DNA from: Acutalibacteraceae bacterium
GTDB lineage: Bacteria > Bacillota > Clostridia > Oscillospirales > Acutalibacteraceae
NCBI GenBank assembly: GCA_045533835.1
Contig: JAZSIM010000014.1
Coordinates: forward strand, 20,874-84,873
Length of the DNA stretch: 64,000 nucleotides
Reading direction: 5' to 3'
Shown: positions 16,588 to 25,590 of the stretch, in pieces
Layout of the letters: the number at the start of each line of letters is the position of its first letter
Position numbering within the stretch: position 1 is the stretch's first letter
The notes under the pieces: generated by a model
What the model was told of the DNA's origin: nothing
Database searches by the model: none
Seen by the model: the letters and a program-made list of their open reading frames with translations, nothing else
Translations under genes and position numbers: made by a program

Positions 16588-18468
16588 ATGGCAGCAACCT
16601 TAAAAGCTCTTATATCCTTTATGGAGGTCTTTTTGCTTTCAATCGGTCTTATGCCCGTTGATATGGCGGTAAATTACGGCGGTGAAAAGTATGTTGCTCC
16701 TGAGGTTACGGAGCCGGTTTATATCGTCGAAAACGGGGAGAGTGATTATTTCATCGTAACCCCCGACAGCCACGGTGAGTGTATTGACACGGCGGCAGAG
16801 GAATTTCAGACTTACATCGAAAAAATCAGCGGTGAAAAGCTCCCTGTGATTTCCGAATCTGCGCTTCCCGAGGGTGCTGACGCAGTATACCTTGGTGAAA
16901 CAGCCCTTTCCGATACTGTGTTCTGCGACTATTCTTCAATTAAAGAGGACGGCTTCCTGCTGTATTCCGACGGTGAAAATTTTATTATCCGCGGTGAGGA
17001 TGACAGAGGCACACTTTTCGGTGTGTATACCTTCCTTGAGGAGTACCTCGGTGTACGCTGGTTTACCCCCACTCTTGAAAGAGTACCCGAAAATGACGAT
17101 GTTGTGATAGATAAAGCACTTAACCGTATTGTCGAGCCCTCTTTTTCAGTAAGAAGAAACGACACAATGGGAACGAATGAAGCTTACCGTGCAAGAACAA
17201 GAATGAACGTTTCCTTCCATAAGAACGCAACAAAGTACGGCGGAACCCTTACCTATTCCTTGTGGGACGCAACACTTATCACCCTTGTTCCCAAGTCCCT
17301 TTTTGCAGAGCATCCCGAATATTTTGCAATGGATGAAAACGGCAACCGCCATACCGATCACGTCTGTATGACAAATCCCGATGTGCTTGACCTTGTTGTG
17401 AAAAACTGCCGTGAGATAATGTCCAATGCAACAAACGGTGCAAAGTTCATCCACATAGGTCAGGATGATAACATCAACTACTGTCATTGCGACAGCTGTG
17501 AAGCACTTTATGAAAAGTACGGTGCCGTTTCCGCCCCCACCCTTATTTTTACAAATAAGCTTGCGGACATCTTAGGCCCCGAATTTCCCGATTATACCTT
17601 TACTTTCTATGCCTACAACGAAACAGACCGTCCTCCCACGGACACCTCTCTTCGCTGCAGACCAAACGTTGCTCCCGTGCTCTGCGGTCTTCATAAGGCC
17701 TGCCGCAGCCACTCTCTTCTGGAGTGCGGCGCTCAGGACGGAAACGAAACCCTTATGAATCTGTACGGCGACAATCATCCTCAGATTGCAGAGGATTTCA
17801 AGGTATGGACCGAGATTGCCGACAGAACCTACATCTATGATTACACAATAAACTTCCTTTTCTCTGCACAGTTCTTCTCAAACTTCGAGTATATGCAGGA
17901 AACAATGAAGTATATGCATGACATAGGCATTACGGGTTATATCTACAACTGCGGTGACGGTCACACAGCCGCCTTCAACGAGCTTCGTAACTACCTTCTC
18001 TGCAAATTGCAGTGGGACGTTAACGCAGACGTTGAGTATCATATAAACGACTTTATGAAGGAGTATTACGGCGAAGAGGCTGCTCCCTATATCAAGGAAA
18101 TTCTTGATATACAAACAGCACAGATCCGTGCTACCGCTCACGCATTTGACTTCGACTGGCACTATCAGTCAGGCTATTATCCCATCCACACAATGATTAA
18201 GCTCGATCTTCTCTGGGAAAAGGCACTTAAAGCAGAGGGAAGCGAGGCTCAGCACGATAATGTTGAAATTGCAAACTTAAGTTGGGAATTCTTCAAGGCA
18301 AATCAGATGCAGGGCGAATACTTCTTCCTGAATCCCCTAAGAATGAAGGAGCAGGAATGGCTCTACGATAAATTTAAGGAGCACGGTATTGACAGAGTAT
18401 CATCCTTCTCAATTATTCCCGAAAAGGATAAAATAAACTTCATTGAACGTCCTATTGACTGGGAATAA
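16588..18468 (+). CDS. DUF4838-like protein (putative glycan-active enzyme)
   Basis: GFLLYSDGENFIIRGEDDRGTLFGVYTFLEEYLGVRWFTP resembles the N-terminal region of DUF4838/GH-related proteins. The family assignment is from memory only. Confidence 0.55.
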   Translation: MAATLKALISFMEVFLLSIGLMPVDMAVNYGGEKYVAPEVTEPVYIVENGESDYFIVTPDSHGECIDTAAEEFQTYIEKISGEKLPVISESALPEGADAVYLGETALSDTVFCDYSSIKEDGFLLYSDGENFIIRGEDDRGTLFGVYTFLEEYLGVRWFTPTLERVPENDDVVIDKALNRIVEPSFSVRRNDTMGTNEAYRARTRMNVSFHKNATKYGGTLTYSLWDATLITLVPKSLFAEHPEYFAMDENGNRHTDHVCMTNPDVLDLVVKNCREIMSNATNGAKFIHIGQDDNINYCHCDSCEALYEKYGAVSAPTLIFTNKLADILGPEFPDYTFTFYAYNETDRPPTDTSLRCRPNVAPVLCGLHKACRSHSLLECGAQDGNETLMNLYGDNHPQIAEDFKVWTEIADRTYIYDYTINFLFSAQFFSNFEYMQETMKYMHDIGITGYIYNCGDGHTAAFNELRNYLLCKLQWDVNADVEYHINDFMKEYYGEEAAPYIKEILDIQTAQIRATAHAFDFDWHYQSGYYPIHTMIKLDLLWEKALKAEGSEAQHDNVEIANLSWEFFKANQMQGEYFFLNPLRMKEQEWLYDKFKEHGIDRVSSFSIIPEKDKINFIERPIDWE

Positions 18469-18545
18469 ACAATAACGGGCCCCCGTCATTGTTTGAGGTA
18501 AAAGGTAATAGGAAATAGTGAAGAAGTGAATTTCACAAAAAGAAG

Positions 18546-18573
18546 AGCTGCAGAAATTTTCTGCAGCTTTTTT
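18546..18573 (+). terminator. Rho-independent terminator
   Basis: AGCTGCAGAA-ATT-TTCTGCAGCT followed by a T run. Confidence 0.6.
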
Positions 18574-18618
18574 GTATGGTTAAGGGGCTCACTGCTTTTG
18601 TCTGCAGAGCCCCTTGCT

Positions 18619-19527
18619 TTATACTGTTTTATACGGTCTTTGCTTTTTTACATTCCCTGTTTTTTTCTTTTTTGTCAGTATTACTGCAATTCCCGTGACA
18701 AGCGAAAGTGTCAGAGCAGCGTAGGCTGCCGCTGTGACGTACCCCGTATAAATAAAGGGCAGCTTTTCATTGCAGAGTACGGAAAGGAGCTTATCTCTGT
18801 CCTCGGTGCTGACAACGTATATGCTTCTGTTCTTAGGGTAACAGATCTGGATTTTTCCGTCACTTGTGATGTCAATTCTGTTGCCGTTTTCAAGCTTTAC
18901 AGATGCTCTTATAAGCGAATTGTTTATATTGTTTTCTATATCAATGGGGTATGCTTCAATTTCATCGCAAAGCGTATAGAATTCCCCGAAGGTGAGCTTC
19001 GTGCTGTCGGCATCAACAGCCTGAGGCTCCTCCTTTATCATTCCGAAGACCTCTGAAAGCTTTACTTTGTCACCGCTTATCAGGGCTTCATTTTTTTTGT
19101 TAATCCGCTTATTGTCGGCTTCCTTGTATTTCCCCGAATTGATTCTTTCCTGTACCTCTTCCCAAAAGGAGCCTCTTTCAGCCAGATTCAGAGTGTCGGT
19201 ATCATAGCTGTCGGGGAAAAATATATCAAGCTGCCCTTTATCTCCGAGAGCTCCGGCAAAAATATACGTGTTTCCCGGAATAAGCGGTGAAAGAAGACCT
19301 ATGTTCTCAATAATAAGTGAGCCGTCTGTGGGAACATCACCCTTGATGACCTTAAGAGGCTTTATAACAACCTGATCAGAGCTGTAATATACCTTTTTGA
19401 CCTGCCCGAAATAGAGTACGGCTTCGTCATTTTCGGCAATATCCCAGGGGATGGAGCCTGCCGAGGCGGAAAGTGAAGCCCCGAAAAGCATAAGCACAGA
19501 AATAAAGGCGCATATAAATTTTTTCAT
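18619..19527 (-). CDS. Hypothetical exported protein with a C-terminal TM anchor
   Basis: MKKFICAFISVLMLFGASLSASA is a signal peptide, 7 nt after GGAGGG. The C-terminus reads AAAYAALTLSLVTGIAVILTKKKK. Confidence 0.6.
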   Translation of the reverse strand: MKKFICAFISVLMLFGASLSASAGSIPWDIAENDEAVLYFGQVKKVYYSSDQVVIKPLKVIKGDVPTDGSLIIENIGLLSPLIPGNTYIFAGALGDKGQLDIFFPDSYDTDTLNLAERGSFWEEVQERINSGKYKEADNKRINKKNEALISGDKVKLSEVFGMIKEEPQAVDADSTKLTFGEFYTLCDEIEAYPIDIENNINNSLIRASVKLENGNRIDITSDGKIQICYPKNRSIYVVSTEDRDKLLSVLCNEKLPFIYTGYVTAAAYAALTLSLVTGIAVILTKKKKTGNVKKQRPYKTV

Positions 19528-19617
19528 ATTCATCCCTCCTGTTTGCATTTTTACATATTATAAGTTCAATGTAAACAGACTTAAGAAAAACTTAAGAATC
19601 CGGTAAGTTTATATTAA

Positions 19618-19655
19618 TAAAAAACACAAGGCTGCTTTTTACGGTAGCCTTGTGC
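19618..19655 (-). terminator. Rho-independent terminator of the YhhN/DHS-like/PfkB operon
   Basis: On the minus strand: CACAAGGCT-13 nt-AGCCTTGTG followed by TTTTTTATT. Confidence 0.6.
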
Positions 19656-19663
19656 AGTTCTTG

Positions 19664-20671
19664 TTATTCTGCAATTTCTTCAATTTCCTCTGCTGTTGCC
19701 GTACCTGTCATACCGATTTTTTTAACGGTGACGGCAGAAGCAAGTCCTGCCAGGGCTGCTGCCTTTTCCATAGGTGCGCCTGCAGTGATGCCGAGAGAAA
19801 ATGCGGAAAGGGAGGTATCTCCCGCACCGCAGATGTCCAATTCACCCGTAAGTGCCTTGGCTCCCACTCTTACGCCCTTTTTGCCGTCCGTGACAAAAGA
19901 GCCCTTGTCACCGAGAGTGCAGAAAACCCTTGCGTTATTTTTTACTGCAAGTGCCCTTGCTGCTTCGAGGAATTCCTCTTCTGACGCATTAATAAAGCCG
20001 TCGTTTCCGTAAACTGCTCTCCAGCACTCAACCTCGTTTGGCTTTAAGATACAGTCGGTGTATTTTCCGATATTATAGCGGCTGTCGCAGATAACCGTAA
20101 GCCCCTTTTTTGCAAGGGTGATTATTTCATTCCTTACTCTGTCTGTCACAATGCCGCAGCGGAACTGATCAGCAACGCAAAGCACGCTTACCTTCGTTGA
20201 AAGCTCTCTTAAGTATTCAATAACTCTGTTTTCCGTTTCCTCAGTTATGGGACAGCGGTTTTCAAAGTCAAGCCTCGGGTCCTCGTAAACGGTAGCCGAA
20301 ATGCCGTGGCGCATAGGCTTGCAGTAGGCATTTGTAAATCTGCCCTCGGTTTCAATTATATATTCGTCCGAGATTCCGCTCTTTTTAATGAGTGAGCGCA
20401 GAAGCATACCGCGCCAGTCATCGCCTATAAGGGAAACGGCATATATCTTTTCGGGGGAGAGCGCCGCAAGATTTGCCGCAACATTACCGCCTGCCCCCAT
20501 AGAGGTTTTTTCAGCCGTTACGGGTAAGGGATAATGGGGAGTTTCACGGGATAATTCCGAAAGGGTCATATCTGCGTGCCAGTAAATATCAACGCAGAAA
20601 TCACCGACAATACCGATTTTACAGCCTTTTATTTTTTCTGTAATTTCTCTTACTTCATTTTTATTCAGCAT
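19664..20671 (-). CDS. PfkB-family carbohydrate kinase (ribokinase-like)
   Basis: IGIVGDFCVDIYW at the N-terminus and DICGAGDT at the C-terminal anion hole. Confidence 0.8.
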   Translation of the reverse strand: MLNKNEVREITEKIKGCKIGIVGDFCVDIYWHADMTLSELSRETPHYPLPVTAEKTSMGAGGNVAANLAALSPEKIYAVSLIGDDWRGMLLRSLIKKSGISDEYIIETEGRFTNAYCKPMRHGISATVYEDPRLDFENRCPITEETENRVIEYLRELSTKVSVLCVADQFRCGIVTDRVRNEIITLAKKGLTVICDSRYNIGKYTDCILKPNEVECWRAVYGNDGFINASEEEFLEAARALAVKNNARVFCTLGDKGSFVTDGKKGVRVGAKALTGELDICGAGDTSLSAFSLGITAGAPMEKAAALAGLASAVTVKKIGMTGTATAEEIEEIAE

Positions 20672-20672
20672 A

Positions 20673-21635
20673 TCAGTAGCTTTCCTTTATTTTGTCATAA
20701 AGTGTGGGAATCGTAATCTGATGATCGCCCACGAAGTGCCAGCCCCAGCCGCCGCGGCAGGTGGGTCGGTTAACAATGTTCTTACGGGGTCTGTAGTAGT
20801 AATTGGGATCCTCATAGCCAATCTTACAGCGGAAATTGCCGAGATTGATAAGGTCAAAGTTAGCCGTTGTGATATTGAATGTGGGACAGCCCTGATTTCT
20901 TGCAATGGAAAGGGTCTTCAGGAACACCTCGGGACCGATAACGGAGGAGCCGAAATTCAGGAAAACACCGCCGTCAAGCTGAGAAACGGAGTATGCCATC
21001 TTCTTGAAATCAATCCCTGAGCATCTTCCGATATTTGCCATATCGCAGGTTGGGTGCTGATGGATTATATCCGTGCCCAGAGCAATGTGATAGGTTGCGG
21101 GAATGTCAAGCTTATAAGCCTGCCATAAAATACAGTCCTCACGGTTGGGGAATTTTTCGGGATTTTCATCAATATATTTTCCGAGAGCCTCACCGTAGCC
21201 GATACCGAGCTCTGCGCCCTGATTGATAGCCTCGTTCATCCAGGCGCCCGTTTCCTCCCACATGCCGAAGGAGCCGTCCTCAATAGCAGTAGGCACGTCC
21301 TCGGAGGTTCCGCCGAGATAGCATAATTCAAAATCGTGTATGCTTGTGGCACCGTTTGCCGCTATATGAGTGATAATGCCCATCTTCATAAGCTCAATTA
21401 TATATCTTGAAAGATGGTTCTTTATAACGTGCGCACCCATACTCCATATAACGGGTCTGCCGTTTCTTCTTGCCCTTATAATTCTTTCAATAAGCTCATT
21501 GAAGCCCTCGTGAACGAATTCCTCGTGAGGTGTCACACCGGGAGTCATAAGCCTTTCAATGGTTACAAGATTGATTCTGTCCTTTGCGGAAAATGTTTTA
21601 ATGCCCGAAAAATCGAGCTGCTGCTGTCTTCTCAT
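20673..21635 (-). CDS. Hypothetical protein, possibly with a deoxyhypusine-synthase-like fold
   Basis: The start MRRQQQ follows AAAGGAAAAGGAA. The motif GAHVIKNHLSRYIIELMKMGIITHIAANGATSIHDFE is present. The fold assignment is uncertain. Confidence 0.6.
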   Translation of the reverse strand: MRRQQQLDFSGIKTFSAKDRINLVTIERLMTPGVTPHEEFVHEGFNELIERIIRARRNGRPVIWSMGAHVIKNHLSRYIIELMKMGIITHIAANGATSIHDFELCYLGGTSEDVPTAIEDGSFGMWEETGAWMNEAINQGAELGIGYGEALGKYIDENPEKFPNREDCILWQAYKLDIPATYHIALGTDIIHQHPTCDMANIGRCSGIDFKKMAYSVSQLDGGVFLNFGSSVIGPEVFLKTLSIARNQGCPTFNITTANFDLINLGNFRCKIGYEDPNYYYRPRKNIVNRPTCRGGWGWHFVGDHQITIPTLYDKIKESY

Positions 21636-21648
21636 AATTCCTTTTCCT

Positions 21649-22362
21649 TTACATAAAGAGTATCGAGCACGCAATTATAAACTGTGCAATATAATATGTT
21701 ACGTGATTTGTGATAATGTCAACGGGTCTGTTTTTTCCCTCTCCGAAGTATGTTCCCGAAAGAATGATATCCGAAATAATGAAGAACACACCGCCGACAA
21801 AGAATGCGATAAGGTGAAGATTATCCTTGATTCCTGCAAGGAAAGCGCAGTTGAAGGACATTGCTGTCACAAAGAAAAGCAGTCCGCCGTAAAGTGTTGA
21901 GATAATCTTATAATTGGCGTGGTATTTAAGCTTCATAACCTTTTCGCCGAAGTAAATTACAAGACCTGCAATAACGCCTACCACAAGTGACAAGGGGATT
22001 GAAAGAGCCTTGAATTCGGTAGCGCCTGCGATTATTGCGGCAATATAGAAGAAATGGCCGAAGGAGAAGGAGGAGAAGCCTGCTTTTGTGAGGAAGTCCT
22101 CATCCTGACGGTACATAAACTTCATATCGAGCCATATATCGCCTAAGATTCCGCAAACAAGACCTGCAACGATAAGTGCAGAGTAAGCCGAGGGCTTTGC
22201 AATGGTAAGAAATACGCCGGTCAGAATAAACATCACGCTTGTAACGGATTTAAGCATCAGGGACTTTACGTCAGTCTTTCTGACTCTTAAGAATAAAAAT
22301 CCCGTAAGGCTTAAAAGTCCCAGAAGAATGGTACAGGTAATAAGAATAAGTGAAAGGTCCAT
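21649..22362 (-). CDS. YhhN-family membrane protein (lysoplasmalogenase-like)
   Basis: The start MDLSLILITC follows AAGGAGAG. It is multi-TM with a GILGDIWLD motif. Confidence 0.7.
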   Translation of the reverse strand: MDLSLILITCTILLGLLSLTGFLFLRVRKTDVKSLMLKSVTSVMFILTGVFLTIAKPSAYSALIVAGLVCGILGDIWLDMKFMYRQDEDFLTKAGFSSFSFGHFFYIAAIIAGATEFKALSIPLSLVVGVIAGLVIYFGEKVMKLKYHANYKIISTLYGGLLFFVTAMSFNCAFLAGIKDNLHLIAFFVGGVFFIISDIILSGTYFGEGKNRPVDIITNHVTYYIAQFIIACSILFM

Positions 22363-22501
22363 ATATAACTCTCCTTTTGTTTTTGCTGAGTTTATAATAG
22401 CACATAATTTTCCTTTTTTCCACACTTTTTATAAAAAACCGATTGAATAAATATTCCCCTTGTGATAAAGTAAAATTAAGATAATAAGGGAGTGTGTATA
22501 T

Positions 22502-23257
22502 ATGAAGATTATGAGCTTTAACGTGCTTTGTGCAGGTCATGACGGCAGAGAGTGGGAAAACCGTATTCCCCGTGTTGTTGCCGCAATAAAGGCAGCTGAC
22601 CCCGATTCCCTGGGTGTGCAGGAGGCGCACATCGGCTGGATGAATGCCCTTAAGGAAAATCTCCCCGGCTACGATTTCGTAGGTGTCGGCAGAGATGACG
22701 GCAGGGAGGAGGGCGAATTCTCCGCAGTTTTCTATAAAAAGGATAAATTTACACCCGGTGAAAAGGGCAATTTCTGGCTTTCGGAAACTCCCGACGTGCC
22801 GGGAAAGGGCTGGGATGCCGCCTGCATCAGAATCTGCTCCTATGTAATGCTTACGGAAAAGGAAACAGGCAGGAAATTCTGCCATTTCAACACACATCTT
22901 GACCACAGAGGAGAAATTGCTATGCAGAAGGGGGCAGAGCTTGTAGCAATGAAGGCAAATGAAATCTGCACCGACTGTCCCGCAGTATTTACGGGGGACT
23001 TCAATGTAACCCCCGAATCCGCTCCCTGCAAGGCTGTCAAGGACGGAGGCTTCGTTGATTCAAGAGATGCGGCTCCCGTTACCGATAAGGACAATACCTT
23101 CCACGCGTGGCTCGGTGAGGAAAAATACCGCTCCGTCATAGATTATGTTTTTGTTAAGGGTGACGTGAAGGTAAAGAGCTTTTATGTTGACAGAAACGAA
23201 TATCTAGGTGATGTACCCTCGGACCATTATCCCGTTGTTGCAGAAATTGAATTCTGA
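22502..23257 (+). CDS. Endonuclease/exonuclease/phosphatase (EEP) family protein
   Basis: MKIMSFNVLCAG...GVQEA...FNTHLDH...GDFN...SDHYPV is the classic EEP motif series. Confidence 0.85.
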   Translation: MKIMSFNVLCAGHDGREWENRIPRVVAAIKAADPDSLGVQEAHIGWMNALKENLPGYDFVGVGRDDGREEGEFSAVFYKKDKFTPGEKGNFWLSETPDVPGKGWDAACIRICSYVMLTEKETGRKFCHFNTHLDHRGEIAMQKGAELVAMKANEICTDCPAVFTGDFNVTPESAPCKAVKDGGFVDSRDAAPVTDKDNTFHAWLGEEKYRSVIDYVFVKGDVKVKSFYVDRNEYLGDVPSDHYPVVAEIEF

Positions 23258-23258
23258 G

Positions 23259-24155
23259 ATGCAGGGTCATATTTTTAATATTCAGCGTTTTTCAATAAAT
23301 GACGGGCAGGGTATAAGGACTGCCGTGTTTTTCAAGGGCTGTCCCTTAAGGTGCCTCTGGTGTCACAATCCCGAATCCCAAAAAATTTCCCCCGAGCTTC
23401 TTTTTTCGGGGGATAAGTGTATTTATTGCAAAAAATGCGGGTCTGTGTGCGAAAACGGAGTGCATAGCTTCGGAGATACCCATAGTCTTTCCCGTGAAAA
23501 ATGTATTTCCTGCGGAAAATGCATTGAGATATGTCCCGTAAAATGCCTCAGCACAGCAGGGAAAACCGTGACTGCCGACGAGGTTATAAAGGAAGTCCTG
23601 AGGGATAAAATTTTCTTTGATGAATCGGGCGGCGGCATTACCCTTACGGGCGGTGAGCCTTTTATGCAGTATGATTTTATGCTGGAAATTCTCAGAAAAG
23701 CAAAGGAAAAGAAACTGAATACGGCAGTTGAAACCTGCGGCTTTACAGACAGAAAAAAAATGCTTTCTGCCGCAGAATATATTGACGTTTTTCTTTTCGA
23801 TTATAAGCTGACCTCTTCAGCCCTTCACAAGAAATATACGGGTGTCGGGAATGAAAAAATTCTTGAAAACCTGAAGGCTCTGAATGATAACGGCAGTAAA
23901 ATAGTGCTGCGCTGTCCCGTAATCCCCTCGGTAAACGATACTGAGGAGCATTTCAAGGGAATCGGTGAAACGGCAGAAGCCCTGGAAAATATCACGGGCA
24001 TTGAAGTTGCTCCCTATCACGAATTAGGGCTTTCAAAATTAATGCGTATGGGGAAGAAAAACGAAAACCCCTTTACCGTACCGTCTGCGGAAGACGCACA
24101 AGGATATATTGAGGAAATAAAAAAGTATACGCCAAAAGCAGTTAAACTGATGTAA
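23259..24155 (+). CDS. Glycyl-radical enzyme activating protein (PflA-like, with two ferredoxin-type cluster motifs)
   Basis: IQRFSINDGQGIRTAVFFKGCPLRCLWCHNPES, plus CIYCKKCGSVC and CISCGKCIEICP. The ATG lies 1 nt after the EEP TGA stop. Confidence 0.85.
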   Translation: MQGHIFNIQRFSINDGQGIRTAVFFKGCPLRCLWCHNPESQKISPELLFSGDKCIYCKKCGSVCENGVHSFGDTHSLSREKCISCGKCIEICPVKCLSTAGKTVTADEVIKEVLRDKIFFDESGGGITLTGGEPFMQYDFMLEILRKAKEKKLNTAVETCGFTDRKKMLSAAEYIDVFLFDYKLTSSALHKKYTGVGNEKILENLKALNDNGSKIVLRCPVIPSVNDTEEHFKGIGETAEALENITGIEVAPYHELGLSKLMRMGKKNENPFTVPSAEDAQGYIEEIKKYTPKAVKLM

Positions 24156-24200
24156 AGTATAAGGCAGGCGCCGTTCTTCGGTGCCCGCCTTAAATTTTTC

Positions 24201-25055
24201 TTATCTGAGAAGGTTTATTATATTGCTGAATATTGCAAACAGCTCACAGATTACGTTGATTATAACCGCAAAGGAAAGGGGCATCTTAAAATCAAGCCCG
24301 GCTGTACTGATGACGGGCTCAGTTGCTGTGCCGAGTCCCATTTCATAAAGCTTACCGAGAATTACCACGGCAATTTTCTCGTTACCCTTACTTGAGGGAT
24401 GAATCAGATCGTCTGCAAAGTTTTCCGGGTCGCCGTTCAGAGCCTCGGCTACCTCAACAATAACGATTTCACCGGGATGCTCCGTGTCATATTTTCTCAT
24501 CATATCGTTAAGACGGATTCCGCCCTCAAGATAAACCACACCTGCGGCACCCTTCTGAGGATTGTAAATTGTCTGTAAAAGCACAACCGCATCGGGATTC
24601 AGTTCATTGATTATGTCCATAATGGCACAGAGGTCTTCATAGTAAAGAGCTGCAATTTCATCAAAGCTTGTCATATCCTTGCGAACAAGGCTTTCGAAGG
24701 CAAGCCCTATAAGGTTATCTGTAAGGAAGTTATTTCCGCCGATTGAAATGCTGATGATATCGGCTTCGGCAACGCTTGCTCTTACCTCTTCTCTGTCCTC
24801 CAGCATAGAAAGCAGCACGCCCGAGGTGATTCCGGGAATTGAATGGTTTTCGTATGTGTAGCCGTTTGTGTCGGCAACAATTCTGCCGTAGCAGGCATCA
24901 ACAGGATTTACAAGTCCCGAGCCGTAGGCAATCGAGTCACCAAGCACTACGTAGCCCAGAGGCTTTTCCTCTTCGGCAAAGGAAACAACACAGAAGCAGG
25001 AGAGTGCCATAACAAGTGCGAGAGCTAAAGAAATAAGTTTTTTCACATAAATCAC
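24201..25055 (-). CDS. SGNH/GDSL hydrolase, secreted
   Basis: A signal peptide is followed by YVVLGDSIAYGSG (GDS block); DLIHPS lies near the C-terminus. Confidence 0.8.
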   Translation of the reverse strand: MIYVKKLISLALALVMALSCFCVVSFAEEEKPLGYVVLGDSIAYGSGLVNPVDACYGRIVADTNGYTYENHSIPGITSGVLLSMLEDREEVRASVAEADIISISIGGNNFLTDNLIGLAFESLVRKDMTSFDEIAALYYEDLCAIMDIINELNPDAVVLLQTIYNPQKGAAGVVYLEGGIRLNDMMRKYDTEHPGEIVIVEVAEALNGDPENFADDLIHPSSKGNEKIAVVILGKLYEMGLGTATEPVISTAGLDFKMPLSFAVIINVICELFAIFSNIINLLR

Positions 25056-25126
25056 CCTTTTTATTTATTTTCCGTAAAAAGTATACACCGATTTTTTCCT
25101 GATGTAAAGAAAAAAAGTGAATTTTT

Positions 25127-25154
25127 AATAAAAACAGGCGGGATTTCTCCCGCC
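25127..25154 (-). terminator. Rho-independent terminator of the aro operon
   Basis: On the minus strand: GGCGGGA-GAAA-TCCCGCC followed by TGTTTTTATT. Confidence 0.65.
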
Positions 25155-25161
25155 GTCAATT

Positions 25162-25590
25162 TTATTTCTGTAATTTTTCTTTAAGGTATTCTAAAGCCTT
25201 AGTGTATCCTTCAAGTCCTTTCCCTGCAATCTGCTTTTCGGCATAAAGGGAAACATAGGAGAATTTTCTGAATTCCTCACGGGAATTGATGTCTGAAATG
25301 TGAACCTCAACCGTAGGTATTCCCACAGCCTTTAAAGCGTCAAGAATCGCAACACTCGTATGTGTGTATGCGGCAGGGTTAATTACAATGCCGTCGGTGT
25401 CGGGGTAGGCGGACTGAATTTTATCAACAATAGCTCCCTCGTGGTTTGACTGAAAAATCTCGAAATCAATACCTTCACAAGCCTTTTCTATCATACCGCA
25501 AAGGGTGTTATAGTCCTGTTTTCCGTAAATATCGGGCTCTCTGAGTCCCAGTAAATTCAGATTCGGTCCGTTTATTATAAGAAGCTTCAT
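25162..25590 (-). CDS. aroQ: 3-dehydroquinate dehydratase, type II
   Basis: MKLLIINGPNLNLLGLREPDIYG... Confidence 0.95.
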   Translation of the reverse strand: MKLLIINGPNLNLLGLREPDIYGKQDYNTLCGMIEKACEGIDFEIFQSNHEGAIVDKIQSAYPDTDGIVINPAAYTHTSVAILDALKAVGIPTVEVHISDINSREEFRKFSYVSLYAEKQIAGKGLEGYTKALEYLKEKLQK

